A DNA stretch of 63,112 nucleotides, filler included, from Reclinomonas americana ATCC 50394 (lineage: Eukaryota): assembly GCA_048213135.1 (NCBI GenBank). It is 3 parts of 2 records of this genome, joined end to end, with 100 filler letters (N's around TTAATTAATTAA, not from the genome) between each part and the next. Parts side by side here need not be neighbours in the genome. Positions count along the whole stretch, not along the records: positions 1 to 26,972 come from PS015049.1; positions 27,073 to 58,899 come from PS015050.1; 1 more part is not named here. One strand, written 5' to 3'. The notes below the pieces were generated by a model that worked only from the letters and a program-made list of their open reading frames with translations, was not told the origin of the DNA and did not search any database. Made by a program: the position numbers and the translations under genes. The first letter of the stretch is position 1; the number at the start of each line of letters is the position of its first letter. Shown here in pieces: positions 24,520 through 36,909 of this stretch.

Positions 24520-25835
24520 CATCGACTGGCTGTGCGTGAGCTCTCGTTCTACCAGCGCGACGAGAGTGTGCGCAAGGACATGCAGATGTATGTGCCCCTG
24601 CTGTGTTCCCGTGAGCGTGACGTCTCCTCGAGTAAGAAGATGACTGATCTGTTGACTGAGGTGGATGCCTTCCTCGCTGCGCCGACACCAACACCACGCA
24701 GCGTGTGCTGGTGCTGTTTGGTAACAGTGCCAGTGGCACGACAATCACGATGTCGGTGTTGGCCGAGCAAGCTTGGCGACAGTGGCAGGAGGCAGGAGAG
24801 AGTCGACTGCGACGAGTGCCTGTGCGTGTGCCTCTTGGTGCTCTGCGCAATGCCGATGAGCGATTGTTGGAGGAGGCATTGGAGCGGCTGTCACCCGAGT
24901 TGGGATTCAGCGAGTCGGATGTGCGACGGTTGAAGAGGAACCACTGCTGTTGTTGCTTGACGGGAACGACGAGTTGTATCGCGGTGTGAATCTGTTTGTC
25001 AAGAACCAGCTGGATGTGTTTGCGCCGTTCAACAAGGAGCAGATTGAGGAGTGCTTTGAGCGGCGTGCTAGTGGGTGATGATGCATATGACGATGATGTG
25101 CGCTTGTCGACTGCCCAGGAGTACCTTCGTACACTGGAGAATGTGCATGGACTCCTGGTGTCGAATCCGTTCCTGCTGGCAGTGGTGGCTCGTGTGTTGC
25201 CGCAGTTGGTGGCGAGCGGAGTGCAGCGACCGACTCGGCGCGATGTGTTTGACCGATTCATTCGACAATGGATTGCGAGGGAGCAGGAGAGACAGACGCG
25301 TCTCGGCGCAGAGCGTGTGCCGAGTGAGGAGTCGTGTCTCTCGTTCTGTGAGGGACTGGCACGGTTGATGCACGAGAGGAATGTGGTTCGTGTGTCCGTG
25401 TCGGAGAGTCGGTCAGGTGACGACGGGGAGGAGGAGGATCACTTTGGTGGTGCGCCTTCCGCCTTGCGTCGAGTGGAAGAGGGACCGTTTTACAAGCTCC
25501 TTTGTCACAAGAACCAGCATGTACGAGTGTGCTGTCCGATTGTACGACGGTATGGGACGGATCAGTGGGGACTTGTGCATCTGTCGTTGCTGGAGCACTG
25601 TGTGGCACGGCATGTGTTTGCGTGGGAGACGTGGGATGAGGAGAGGAGATTGACTGCGCAAGATGTGCAGCAGCATGTGTTAGCCGTGCGTCTGTTGAAT
25701 GATCGACCATCGTTGGTGGAGCAGATGGCTGAGGTGGTGTGACGGTCTTGTCGATTGCAGGCAAGACTGTGGGAGGTGATTGAGTTGTCACGAGAGGTGG
25801 ATGAGGAGCGAGTGGTGATGTTAGTCGCCAGAAGT
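24520..25835 (+). pseudogene. Degenerate intronless NACHT/STAND NTPase gene
   Basis: Across frames: YVPL, LVLFGNSASGTT (Walker A-like, Lys missing), LLLLLDGNDE (Walker B-like), APFNKEQI, LVSNPFLLAVVARVLP, RRDVFDRFIRQW..RE..R, FCEGLARLM, HLSLLEH. Frameshifts at about 24704, 24943 and 25070; in-frame TGA at 25740-25742. Confidence 0.75.
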
Positions 25836-26972
25836 ACTAACGTCCGACTGTGCATCTCTCGCCTTTGCACGACAAGCTTATGTACCAGTTACTCGATGTT
25901 TGTCCAACGTTGCAAGAGAGTGGGTGGTGCACAGGTTCAGGCCGGAGTGCAAGCTGTTCACGGTGGTGTGGTGTGAGAGAAGTAACAGTTTCCCAATGCG
26001 TGCCACACTGTTCTTCTTGATATGATCACTGCGCTCAACAAGGCCTTGAGTCTTCACTGTGCGGCAAAGAAGAAGGCTGATGCAACTCGCGCTGCCCTCA
26101 ACTCCAGCCGCCTGCAGCACCTTTAGCGTGTCAATGCCAACAAGGCTTTCCAGCGTGTCAACAACGAGTTCGAGGCCGAGCGTGGCAAGTGCGCCAACAT
26201 CCGCTACTCTGGCTCGGTCGACGACACTGTGTCTTTCTACCAGCAACTTACGGCCGCCGTCGACAACCCACCGACTGACTGGCCCGACCTTCAAGATCTC
26301 GGCATCAACAGCGAGGCCGACTTCCGCATGGCCGACGTTCAACACACCTTGGCCGCCCAAGAGTCTCCACTCTGCAACACCCCAATGGTCACTGTGTCGA
26401 ATGTTCAGAAACTGCGCATGCTGAAGTCGCTCCACAAGGCGGTGGCGACTGGCTTGGATGGCGTGCCGTACGAGGTCTTCCAGTACTTTGCCGACCGCAA
26501 GGGCGACACTGAGGTAATGGGCTGGGTTGACATGGTGGCTGACATCATCCAGATTGCTCTGTGGTCCTGCCGTTCGCCGCACTCGATCCGCATGCGCCGC
26601 ATCATTCACATCTGGAAGGGCATGGGCGACATCGTCAACGACACCGACAAGCTCGACCAGTTCCGCCCCATCTCGCTGCAAGTGGCACTGTACGAGATCA
26701 TCAACCTCTACTTCCTCCGCAACGTCCTCCAGCCGATCGCGCACATGGTCGACCTATTCTGCGATGAGCAGCAAGGCTTCCGCTTCGGCTCCGACGGCTG
26801 CCTGCAACACCACTTTGTCGGTCAGAGTGTGGTCGACGATTTCTGCAACAACATCAACCATTACGGTTCCCTCAGCCCTGTTCCAACTCCCAACCCAGCT
26901 GACCAAGACAACTGCCTGGTGGTCCTCAAGCATGACAGCAAGCGCGCTTACGACAGTGTTCCCCCGGGCCCT
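25836..26972 (+). mobile_element. Non-LTR retrotransposon reverse transcriptase fragment (R2/R4/NeSL-like), cut by the scaffold end
   Basis: Intronless frame with ATGLDGVPYE, IWKG...DQFRPISLQ..LYEI, EQQGF...GCLQH and HDSKRAYDSVP (RT domains 0-3). In-frame TAG at 26124-26126 upstream. Left boundary approximate. Confidence 0.85.
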
Positions 26973-27072
26973 NNNNNNNNNNNNNNNNNNNNNNNNNNNN
27001 NNNNNNNNNNNNNNNNTTAATTAATTAANNNNNNNNNNNNNNNNNNNNNNNNNNNNNNNNNNNNNNNNNNNN
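26973..27072. other. Artificial scaffold-joining spacer
   Basis: 44 N + TTAATTAATTAA (stops in all six frames) + 44 N = 100 nt. Identical structure at 58900-58999. Confidence 0.97.
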
Positions 27073-27630
27073 GAGGGGGGCGATAAGACAACTCCGCGCA
27101 GTTTCTCCGATTCCCTGACTCGTGACAGCGTAGGCACTGAAAGCTCCGGATTGCGACGAACTCCTGTTGCACGAGGCGGCGACGGGAGCGATTCTCGAGG
27201 GCTCGCAGACCAACTTTTATGCGCTGTACGATCACGACTCGGTGTTGCGGACGGCCGGCGAGGGCATCCTGGAGGGCACCGTGCGACGTGTGGTGCTGGA
27301 GGTGTGCGAACGCGAGGGCATTCCAGTCGATCTCTCACCACCGCTGTTGAGCGAGATGGACCGGGTTCGTGCGTTCTTTGGGGAGCGCATGGCTGCTCTT
27401 CTGTTGTTGCTGATCTGCGTGGTGTACTGCAGTGGTCCGGTGCGCTGATCAGTTCCACCTCGCGTCTGGCGCTGCCGATCGATGAAATCGCCGTGCCGCA
27501 GGAGGGACAGCGAGTGACGGCCGACGACCCGCGTTGGCATTCGCCTGTGTCGTCACTGGCGCAGCGCATCTCGCAGTGGGTGGCCGAGGAGGTCGACGCG
27601 CACAGCGAGTTGTTACCGCCGTCATCGTAA
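27073..27630 (+). CDS. PLP-dependent aminotransferase class IV (fold type IV), 3' part
   Basis: ILEGSQTNFY, GILEGTVRRVVLEVC, |WSGALISSTSRLALPI. Stop TAA 27628-27630. N-terminus lost at the scaffold start. Confidence 0.85.
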   Translation, partial: EGGDKTTPRSFSDSLTRDSVGTESSGLRRTPVARGGDGSDSRGLADQLLCAVRSRLGVADGRRGHPGGHRATCGAGGVRTRGHSSRSLTTAVERDGPGSCVLWGAHGCSSVVADLRGVLQWSGALISSTSRLALPIDEIAVPQEGQRVTADDPRWHSPVSSLAQRISQWVAEEVDAHSELLPPSS

Positions 27631-27654
27631 ACAAACAGGATGGTGATTCACTTA

Positions 27655-30600
27655 TTACTTGATTCCACCTCCGTTTGGGTGATGTCGCAGTCGCTGCGAG
27701 ATGGCCTCGCACCAGTCGGCGCAGCTTGCGGCGTCCTCGGCTGTGAACAGGAATACGCGACCGGGTGTCACCAGCTGTGATGATCCAGATGAGAAAGGAT
27801 GTAATAGAAACAAGAGCCACAAGCCACCGACCTGCAGTGTGTTTGCGGCAGCACCAACGCGATCCGGAAACGCCAGCACGGTGCAGTCGCCGGCCTCTTG
27901 CAGTGAGATGGTGCGCAGCGGCTTGACCGCCCGCTCCGTTTTGAAATACGAGAGCGAGAATCTGTGCAGCACAAACCAGCGCCGCTTCCAGTTCTTCACA
28001 AAGCCACCGCGCTTGCTCAGCCACCCTCTGCTCTCATTCTCCATCAGCACTCAATCCCCTGCAATTCACATCCGAAAAAAGTGAGACGCAACTGCTTGTC
28101 AAACATGAGCGCCGTCGACCCGTGTCGTAATGGCTCGTCATCCACATCAGCTGCCGCCGCCGCTGCTGCCGAAGATGTCGTCGTCGCAGCAGACCCCCTG
28201 TAACTCTGTGCGCTGCTGCCGACCAAAGCCACCTAAGTGTGCGCAAGGTAAGTGCCAACATGTGCTTGTGGACGGATAGACAAAGACAAACGTGCCTCGG
28301 CCAGCGACACCTCGCGTCCATGTTTCCTGAAATACCGCGCGAGCTCAGCCGGCTGAAACAGCACGAGAGAGACGGGTGCTGGCGGAAGCAACTACAGTTG
28401 AATTGCACACGCGCAGTGAGGCAGTGTGAGCAGACGACTCACTGCATCGCGGCGCCTCACCGATCTTCTCAACAGCGGCAGCGACAAACCGAGTCGCCAC
28501 GAGCTGAGATCCTCATCGTGCATCTGTTGCGCCAGAGCGACGGCTCGCTCACGATGCCTCTCGCGCTCATCCGCCTCCTCGACCACGGTCGATACCAGCG
28601 TGTGCGACAAGACTGTGTGATTGATGAGCATCACATCGATTTTTTCACGCACCCACCTTGGTCACTCACCTAGCCACTGATCGACGGCCATCGGTACCGG
28701 CGACTCCACCAACTCACGCCGACGTGACAGCGTGTCCACTGCATGCAGCAGTGCGTCCTCCTTTTCGTATCTTCCGCGACCTCGTGATGGTCGTGCCAAA
28801 GCGCAAAAAATGCACGACACTGCCACCAGCACGTCGCCAGTTACCGAATCCACCGACGGATTGCGCGACACCAGTGCTGCTTGCCTGCATCCAGACAATT
28901 GTTTGTCACTGGAAGGACGGGAGGTGCAGAAGCCCAAAGAACGTCACGCAACGTGCGGAAGCCCTCGGTCGCGTTCGAAAACTCGGCGCCAGCAAGAGCA
29001 TCCACCGGGTTTCCCATGACATCCACCAGCCGCGCTGTAGTCGCATGCGACAGGGTGAGGAAGCTGACGAGCGGAAGAGGAAGCTGCAGCAGCACCCATT
29101 CGCAACTTATTCTCTCCAAACCGTCGCCGAGAACACTCATCAGCAACCGCGACGTCACAGCTGCATACATCATCATCGTCAGTATCGAGACGAAATAACC
29201 GGAGCACTGCTAATCGTACAAACCAAAGTAGAACATACATCGCAGCCAGGCGGCATCGTCTGTTCGACTCAATGTAGTGGCGTGCTATGCGGAGGGAGGT
29301 GGGAGGTGAGCCGAAGCACAATGACAACATTTCGCGTCGGGCTGCGCACCTCGTCAAGCCGAGCCGATTGTTCCAGGAAAAACTGTGCATCACCAGCGCG
29401 TCAGCAAACAATGGCATGTCCTTCCCACATTCTCCAACAAAAGGACGCACTCTTTCCAACGCGCCGGCGACCGCCGCGTTGGCATCCGGCGCCAGCAGCA
29501 ACCACATGACCAGTCGATCGAGAAACTCGAACAGGACCTTGCCGTGTGCCATGCGCGCCATTTGCGATCCGTCCAACATCACATCCCACGGCGATCGAGT
29601 CGGCGACCCCACCAGGCGCTGCCGAATCGACGATATGGTTGTCGGTGTGGATACCATGGACGCATCGTCGTCATCATCCGCGTCCGCAACGCGCCGACTT
29701 CCACTCTCACGATAGCCCCAAAACGTACACGTCTCCACCGGCACGTGCAGACCCATGGTGGCCGTCTCCACCTCCTTGCTTTGCAGACCTTGCAGGTCGT
29801 GGAACAGGGCCCCACAGTCGCGCACGAATTTGGCCAGCATCAGGAGACCAGCCTGACGGGCGACAAGAGTGTGAGCGGCACACGCAACACAGAGAGCAAA
29901 AATGCTGAAGAATACCTCGGGAAGTGCGCGCATCACAGCACCACTGCCGCCGCCGCCGCTGTTGCTCGACAGTTGCTGCACGATGGAGAGCGACGAGGCG
30001 GAGACCAGCGCCAGTGCATCGTCATCAGACGCGGTATGCACCGTCAAACCCAGTCGTTCCAGCGCGCTGTGCAGCATCCAAGCACACAGCCGCTCGAACC
30101 GTGCACGCACAAGCGCTCTCCGCGCACTCACAAGCTCCCACATTTGCTCCAGTGTAGAGTGCTGTTACAATGGGGTGAGGGGGGTTGCACAACACAACGT
30201 GGCGGCGATCGACAGCGCGCCGCAACTTCCATGGACGCGCCACCGGCGGTCGCCGATCGGCCGAAATGCTCCATCTCATTCATGAGGAGCACGAGGATGT
30301 CGGTGGAAGGGCGCGACGAGATGGCAAGACCGCGTGGCGACCCGGTGGGCGACGCCAACTCATCGCTCTCCATCGACATGCTGTCGAGTTCCATCTGCTG
30401 CGACAACTCCGGCATCACCAGCGTGTCACTCACCGTGCCGCCACCATCGCCACTCTCGGCAATCGCCTTCGTGGCCGTCAGCACATGCAGCACGCCACGT
30501 TCACCGCGCTGTGCGGCCTCCCGCAACATTGGCGACACGCCCGCCACGTACTCCACCAGTGTCAGCGATCCAGGAGCCGGCGTGCCATCGACAGCACCCG

Positions 30601-31230
30601 TGGCCATCACCAGTACATCAGTGGCCAGCAGCAGGCGACGATAGGTGAGTGAGATGTGCGGTGCAGAGCGCCACGACGCTCCTGCTGCCGCTGCTGCTCG
30701 TGACAATAGACGATCACTAACGAGAGATTTCACGCGAACGATTTCAACAACAATGACTGACTGACCAGTCGAGGCTCTGGGCGTTGCTGCACCGGCCGAC
30801 GATGACGACAGCAGCAGCTCGTTGACCATGACCGCGTCTTGTTCGAGGAGGCACAAGCACCACAGTGAGTGTGGTCGCCCAGCGTTCTTGGCCAGACTGA
30901 GCGGAGAATGATGAAATGTGGATTGATGGATGATCAACATCAAAGCAGAGGACGCACCCAATGGCGGCCTTACATGCCTCCACTGCTCTCAGCAGTGCCT
31001 CCGCGTACGCCGCAAAGCTCGCATGTGTGCCAGTCAGCGTCTGCACAGCAACTGCGGACATTCATTCTCCGAGTGAGCAAAAGGAAGAGAGAGAGAGAGA
31101 GAGGCAAGGCGACCAACGGAACTCTGACAAAAGTCTTGCCAGGTGTACATTGCCTCTCTAGCACAAGCCGCGACGATCCAAAACACGTCCTGCGCAGCGA
31201 AGCGAAGTTGCACACATTGATTACCATCGC
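27655..31230 (-). CDS. Large multi-exon protein with a C-terminal PH domain; start uncertain
   Basis: PH domain RGWLSKRGGFVKNWKRRWFVL...LSYFK...|LVTPGRVFLFTAEDAASCADWCEAI is clear (27655-28050). Upstream long minus-strand exons (for example 29350-30143 and 30230-30640) are assumed to be the same gene. Confidence 0.6.
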
Positions 31231-31371
31231 CTTTGTGTCGCAGAGTACTGCCCACGGAACAGAGGAAAAACAAGCACGTCGCAGTACGTGCCACACAGTG
31301 CAACGACAAAAACCACGCGCTGTCCTGTGCACAACACGACGTCGATCGCGTGATTGATTGCAGACGACGGA

Positions 31372-34300
31372 ATGTCAACGCGGCAAGCGCGGCTGGAACG
31401 CCGACAGGTGTGCACGAATCCGAGTCATGCACTCATGCACTCTATCTCTCACACACGCACGCGCGCTCTCTCATCAGCTGGCACAGAATCGGAGGAAACA
31501 GCGACCGCCCGCGACCAACAAAGGGCCACCCATTGTGCACACAGTGGAAGATGACGACGACGATGACGATGTGCAAGCAGCAGAGGTCACTGTGGTGCCC
31601 GCGAAGAGAACCGCAGCAGCCGCAGCAACAGCAACAACAACAGCAGCAGAGAAACGTGAGTTGCACAGAGAGAGAGGGTTTGCCTTGCTTGACTGATGAT
31701 GATGTGATGATTCCGCAGCTGCGCTTCCACCGGTGGGAGCTGGGGAGATGAGGGTGTTCAACCGCACGGCGAATCGAGCGCGATACGAGGCTCGTCGGCG
31801 ATGGTACGCGCATGTGCCTTTCCCTTCCTGGTTCGTTCAATGTGTGATCGTTTTTTTTGTGCAGGGAGCTGGACGTGCTGCTGCCGTCGTTTTATCACCG
31901 TCTGCAGCAGCGCTACGGGGAAGTGATGAATCTGGGGGCGGCGTTTGTGTCGCGGCTGTGTCGCGATCTGCGACCCGATGAGCTGCAGCCGACCGTGTCG
32001 ATTCGTGCGTTGCTGGACCTCGATCATGTGGTGGACTTGGAGGAGGAGGAGGAGGTGCGGAGGGCGATCCAATGTCTCTCCTTTGTTGTCACGTGCACTC
32101 ACTGGGCGTTGTTGACGATGCTGGTGCAGAGGCAAATCGTCAATGCCGTCGCCTTGTTGAAAGACATTGGGTTTGCCGTGATCACTCGCCAGGGTACGCA
32201 TCTTTCGCCAGTGTCGTTGGCGTCGCCGGTGACTTGCTCCTCACCACCACGCCGTGCAACACAGGTGACCAGGAACATGTGCGCTGGCATCAGTACAACA
32301 TTATTCCAGAGGCTCGCTCACTGCTGCTGGCCATTGTGCGCTGCATGTGCATGCCCGACGGTGAGGCACTCGACTCGGAACGCATGCAGCTGGTTAGCGA
32401 AGGGCTGAGCGTCGGAGGTACGCCGGCGACAGTCGAGTTGCTCACCGAGGTCAGTCAGTGCCTGGAGAAGGGATGACTGTGAGTGCGGAGATTCATTTGT
32501 CGCTGGTGGTGGTGGCTGCACAGACACTGCACGAGTGGTTCGACAATCTGAAAAGCAACTGGCCGGCACCATCCGAATCCGACGAGCCCGTTCTACCCGT
32601 GTTGCAATGCTCCACGAATGGCGCGAGTCGGCTGTACACGCACTCGGTTTATGTGGGAACCAGTCGGCGGCACGAGATGGTGGCCGTCGGCATTGGGTTT
32701 GTCTCGCTGATCCACTGATTGTGTGCATGTGTGTCGCACACACTGATGTGTTCCACAGCAAGAGTGAGGTCTCTGGTCACGTCCTCATGCAGGACTGGTA
32801 CAAGGAGCCCGCAGAACCGAGACGAAGTGGTGAGTCCGTCAAATATACGAGGTGGAAAAACCTCAACAACGGGATCTCACTGATTCGCTTCCAGCCCTTC
32901 TTCGGTTGTTTTCCGTCATCAATCAGCGCTTCCTTGCGCACGAGGTGACGGCTGTCTACGGCTCCTCGCTGTCGCCGTGGCGGGTGGTCGTCTACGCCTC
33001 AGGTCACCGAGAAATCACCAATGGTGGCACGGCGTTGAGGGTGGATTTCGAGTCTGCGCAAGTTACCGCGTATTGCAAGCACACTCCTGGGGTTTTCCCT
33101 CCTCCTTGCGTCTCACCGTGCCGCTCTTGTGCCAGTTGCCGCTCGTGTCCTTCTTCCAGCCAGAAATGCGAAGTCTCTTTGAGAGATTACTGCGTCATCC
33201 GTACTGGGTGCGACATAGGTGTGTCGTGCGATTGCAATCACATTCTCGCGTGCTTGGTCTCACGCAGACGGGATTGTGTGCAGATTTGTGCGAGGCAAGC
33301 CACCTCACCTCTCCACCCTGGAGCGGCTGCTGGCGTCCATGTTCCTGCAGGAGTGGGGCTGCACGGTGCTGGTGCTGGCAGCTCTCAGTGTCTTGTTTGG
33401 TCGGCCCTTCTGGGAGGTGTACCATGTTTTCCATCAGGAAATACCAGTGCGTGGGGGGATGCCATGTGTTGTCGTACTCGTGCCTTCTTTTTCATTCTGC
33501 TCATGCAGGGGTTTGGACGGCTCATGGAGGAGACCGACATGCGCTTGCATGGCATACGGCATGTCAAGGAGGAGTTACGATAGATGCCTCACTCTCTCCC
33601 TCCCTTTGCCCGCGCTCACTGATCTTGAGCGCGCGCACACACACAGGGTGCTCTTGTGGACGTCGGATGCGTGGCTCGATGACAAGTGGGGATTGCGGAG
33701 AGAGGTTGTGGAGTGGGACGCCATGTGTCAGCTCGATCGCATGATCCGCACGCTGGCGGCGCGCGAGTGCGAGGTTGGAGTTGGCCTTGAGCCGACATTG
33801 GCGACGCGACAAGGTGAGAGTTTTTTCGGGGGGAGGCTCTTTCGTCCGTCCTCCGTCCAATCCAGTGCGTGCACGCTCACATTCGTACACGCTGCTGCTC
33901 CAGCGAGCGTGCTCACGCTGAGTGTGCTCGAAATCGTCGGTGTGCGCGTGTGTGGCACCAAGTTGAGCGATCTGGAGCTCGTGCTGGCTGTTCCACTGTA
34001 CGTGCTGGCTTCCTGCACGGTGCGTACATATGCGTGTCGCGAGCAAAGTGCATGAGCCAATTGACCCAATCGTGTTGCTGCAGAAGGACTCTTCGTTCTC
34101 CTTGCGTGTCCATGTTGGCAATCGATTCGCCGGCACCGCACCGCTCCTCGAAGTGAAGTACGAATCGTCGATGGCCGTACTGAGTCGCACTGTGCCTCGT
34201 CCGGGCGCCTCGCAACTGCTCCTCTCTGTGTTGGTGCCGATTCCGAACGCCCTGCGTGGGCCAAAAGTACGTTGCATTATTTTGCAGACTGCGACTCCTT

Positions 34301-36353
34301 GGTGCTGACACGCTGCTGGCAGATGGCACACGGTGGCTACTATATCAGTGCATCGCTCGAGGTGCAACACCCGGATGAGACGAGTCGCCTGGAGACGTCG
34401 CCAATCATCTGGTGGTGGAGTTGCGTTGTGCTATTTCCGTGGCCGCGTGACACTGTTGAGTGCGCTTCTCATATGAGGCATTGCGTCGCAGAGTCTCCGC
34501 TCGGCCTGTGTCGCAGTCGTGCCGACTCGGTGATTCTGTGCAAGCCGATTGAATTTCGCGACAAGTGCCTGTACTTTGCGCAGATGGTGTTTGAGGATGT
34601 GCCGTGGTGTCTTCGCGGTGCGTTCGGTGCTTGCTTGCTTTTTGGTTGTGGCACGTCTCATGGTGTCGCCGGCAGTGGGTGACTTTGTATATATTCGTCG
34701 TCATGCACGGCTGACGATCTGTCGAATTCTCGCGCTGTGGGAGACGCGAGATGGCGAAGACGAGGGCGAGCAATTCATGCGAGTTCGAGTGGTACGTACA
34801 CTGCGTCGTCGCCCATCATGATCGCGCCATGGTCTCAATCCTCTGCACAGTTCATCCGACCCAACGAAGACCCATGGGTCCCGGCTGGCGAGCTGCCAAA
34901 GGATCTGCACGAGCGCGAGGTTTAGTTTTCCTTGCCTTACCCCCTCCCCCTCGCTCTCGCCGATGTCTCACTTGCACCTTTGTGCGGCAGGTACTCATCA
35001 CCAACAACGTGGTCGAAGTCGAAATCACTTCTGCAGAAATGATTGTCGGTCGCTGCTTGGTGATTCCGCTCGACGCCGATGTGGTCGATGCGTCGGCCAG
35101 TGTCGAAACGGTGCTCACGGATGTGGGAGTACGTCTCAGCGATTTGAGTCATGTGTTCTTCTGCCGGCACATGTTTGGTGTGGAGGAGTCGCACATGATG
35201 GAGCAGGCGAGGGCGGAGGATATCTTGCCCGCCATCGAGTTGCAGCCGTCGTTGTCGTGCCACTGCACTCGTGTGTCGCAGGTGAGAGAGTTGTTGGAGA
35301 GAGTTGGAGAGAGAGAGCATGGATGTGGTGTGGCGCTAACCTCGTGTCGGTGCAACCAGCTGGCTGAGGACAGCAATCAAGGATGGGTGTTTGATGTGGC
35401 GCCCGGCGTGCCACTGGTGCTGCGCCTGGCCGAGCAGTACGGCATTGGTACGTCGGCGTGCAACGAGTGCATGTACGTCAATGTTCTCCTCATGTCTCTC
35501 GACAGAATGGCGATCGGAGAATGAGATTACCGCGGTGCCGGAGGAGCTGCGTTTGCTGGAGGCAGCGTGCGACGCGGTGATCCGCTGGCCGCTCTGCGAC
35601 TGCGCGCATGTCGCACATCCTGCCCTGTCCGCCTGCCTTCCCTCGCAACGGAGCTGGCACTCGTATTTGTGCGGCGACATGCAGTTGGCGCGCCACATGA
35701 AGTGCAGCCTGGCGACGGAGTTGATGGGCGGTGCTCAGAGCGAGCCTGCGGACCCGGCCAAGGCATCCAATCGGCTGCGCATCGAAGCCCTCAGCGCTGT
35801 GTCGCCGTCCTCGGTGGCCAGCGGCAGCGGCAGCGGCAGTCAGCAACAACAACAACAACAACGCGAAAAGCAGGCGCAGCAGCAGCAGCAGCAGCCACGA
35901 AAACGGCCGAAGCGGAGTCTGACGGCCATGTTGCTGGCCACCGGCGGTCACAACACTCGAATCCTCGTACCGGAGGGCGATTCGTCGAATGGCCGTGTAT
36001 CTCGATCGGGAACGCGTAGCACCGGCAACGAAGCGCGCGGCGACGAGTCGGACATGGACGAGTCGATGCCGAGCAGTCAGCAGGACTGGTTCCGCAAGTC
36101 CTCCGAGGCACTGTTGACGTGCATGCTCCAGCAGCGCGACTATGTGGAGATGTTTGTCGGGGCGCTGTGCCATCCGGCCACTGCGGACACCACAGCGGTC
36201 GTTGCCGAGAGCCAAGTCGTGGAGAGTGGTGGCGGAAGCAGCGTCAGCGGCGCAGGCAATGCCGGCGTCGCTGGCGACGGCGATTCACTCGTGCTGGACA
36301 TGAGCGAGGACGAGGAGGAGGATGAGGACGACGATGATGAATATGTGAATTAA
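31372..36353 (+). CDS. Large BAH-domain (chromatin-associated) protein with acidic and Gln-rich termini
   Basis: MSTRQARLERRQ|NRRK start. BAH at about 34540-35180: VGDFVYI...ICRILALWE...FMRVR.FIRPNE...LHERE|VLITN...IVGRCLV...VFFCRH. Acidic tail ends TAA 36351-36353. Single-gene continuity not fully checked. Confidence 0.7.
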
Positions 36354-36909
36354 ATCCACAGAGCAAGAGGGACGTGTCTGGCGACCAAAGTCGGCGAGAA
36401 GCACGAGCTCGAGCCTCGAGTACAATTCAGTTAATTGAGTTGGTGCCGATAGTGTAGATCGACACAAGTAGTTGAGATGCAAATGCCTGACAATCACACA
36501 ATAGTAAGATTTGCCTGCTTCACGGATCCGGACCCAGCTTTGCTTTGTTTGCCTGGCTTGTGGCCTTTTCCCGAATTCAATGTGTCGTGTACGGTCGCAG
36601 AAAACGCTATGCGTCTATGCAAGTGCGTCAAATCCACTGGTCATCCACACTTTACGCGTAAAAGATCGCAGTTAACGTTCTCGACTTGTTCGGAGCTCCG
36701 ATCGAGAGCGAACACACACACACAAGAAACCTGCTGCTGCCTCAAGATTGGTGTCTGTGTTGATGTTTTGGATACGGTTGAACTTGGTCATGAAGACAGC
36801 TGTTGCTTGTTTGTCGGTGAATGAATTGTTGTTGACAAAACGCAGAAACGGTCAACTACAAGGCGATCGATCATCGATCGACGGATCTCACTCCCGTGTC
36901 GTTTTTCCG

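Noticed and set aside
27017-27028. Palindromic TTAATTAATTAA, repeated at 58944-58955
   Set aside because: Centred in identical 44 N flanks and gives stops in six frames, so it is an assembly spacer. Genes on either side are not neighbours.
34030-34620. Possible START/lipid-binding domain before the BAH domain
   Set aside because: The resemblance is weak, and the distal part is better explained as the BAH lead-in.
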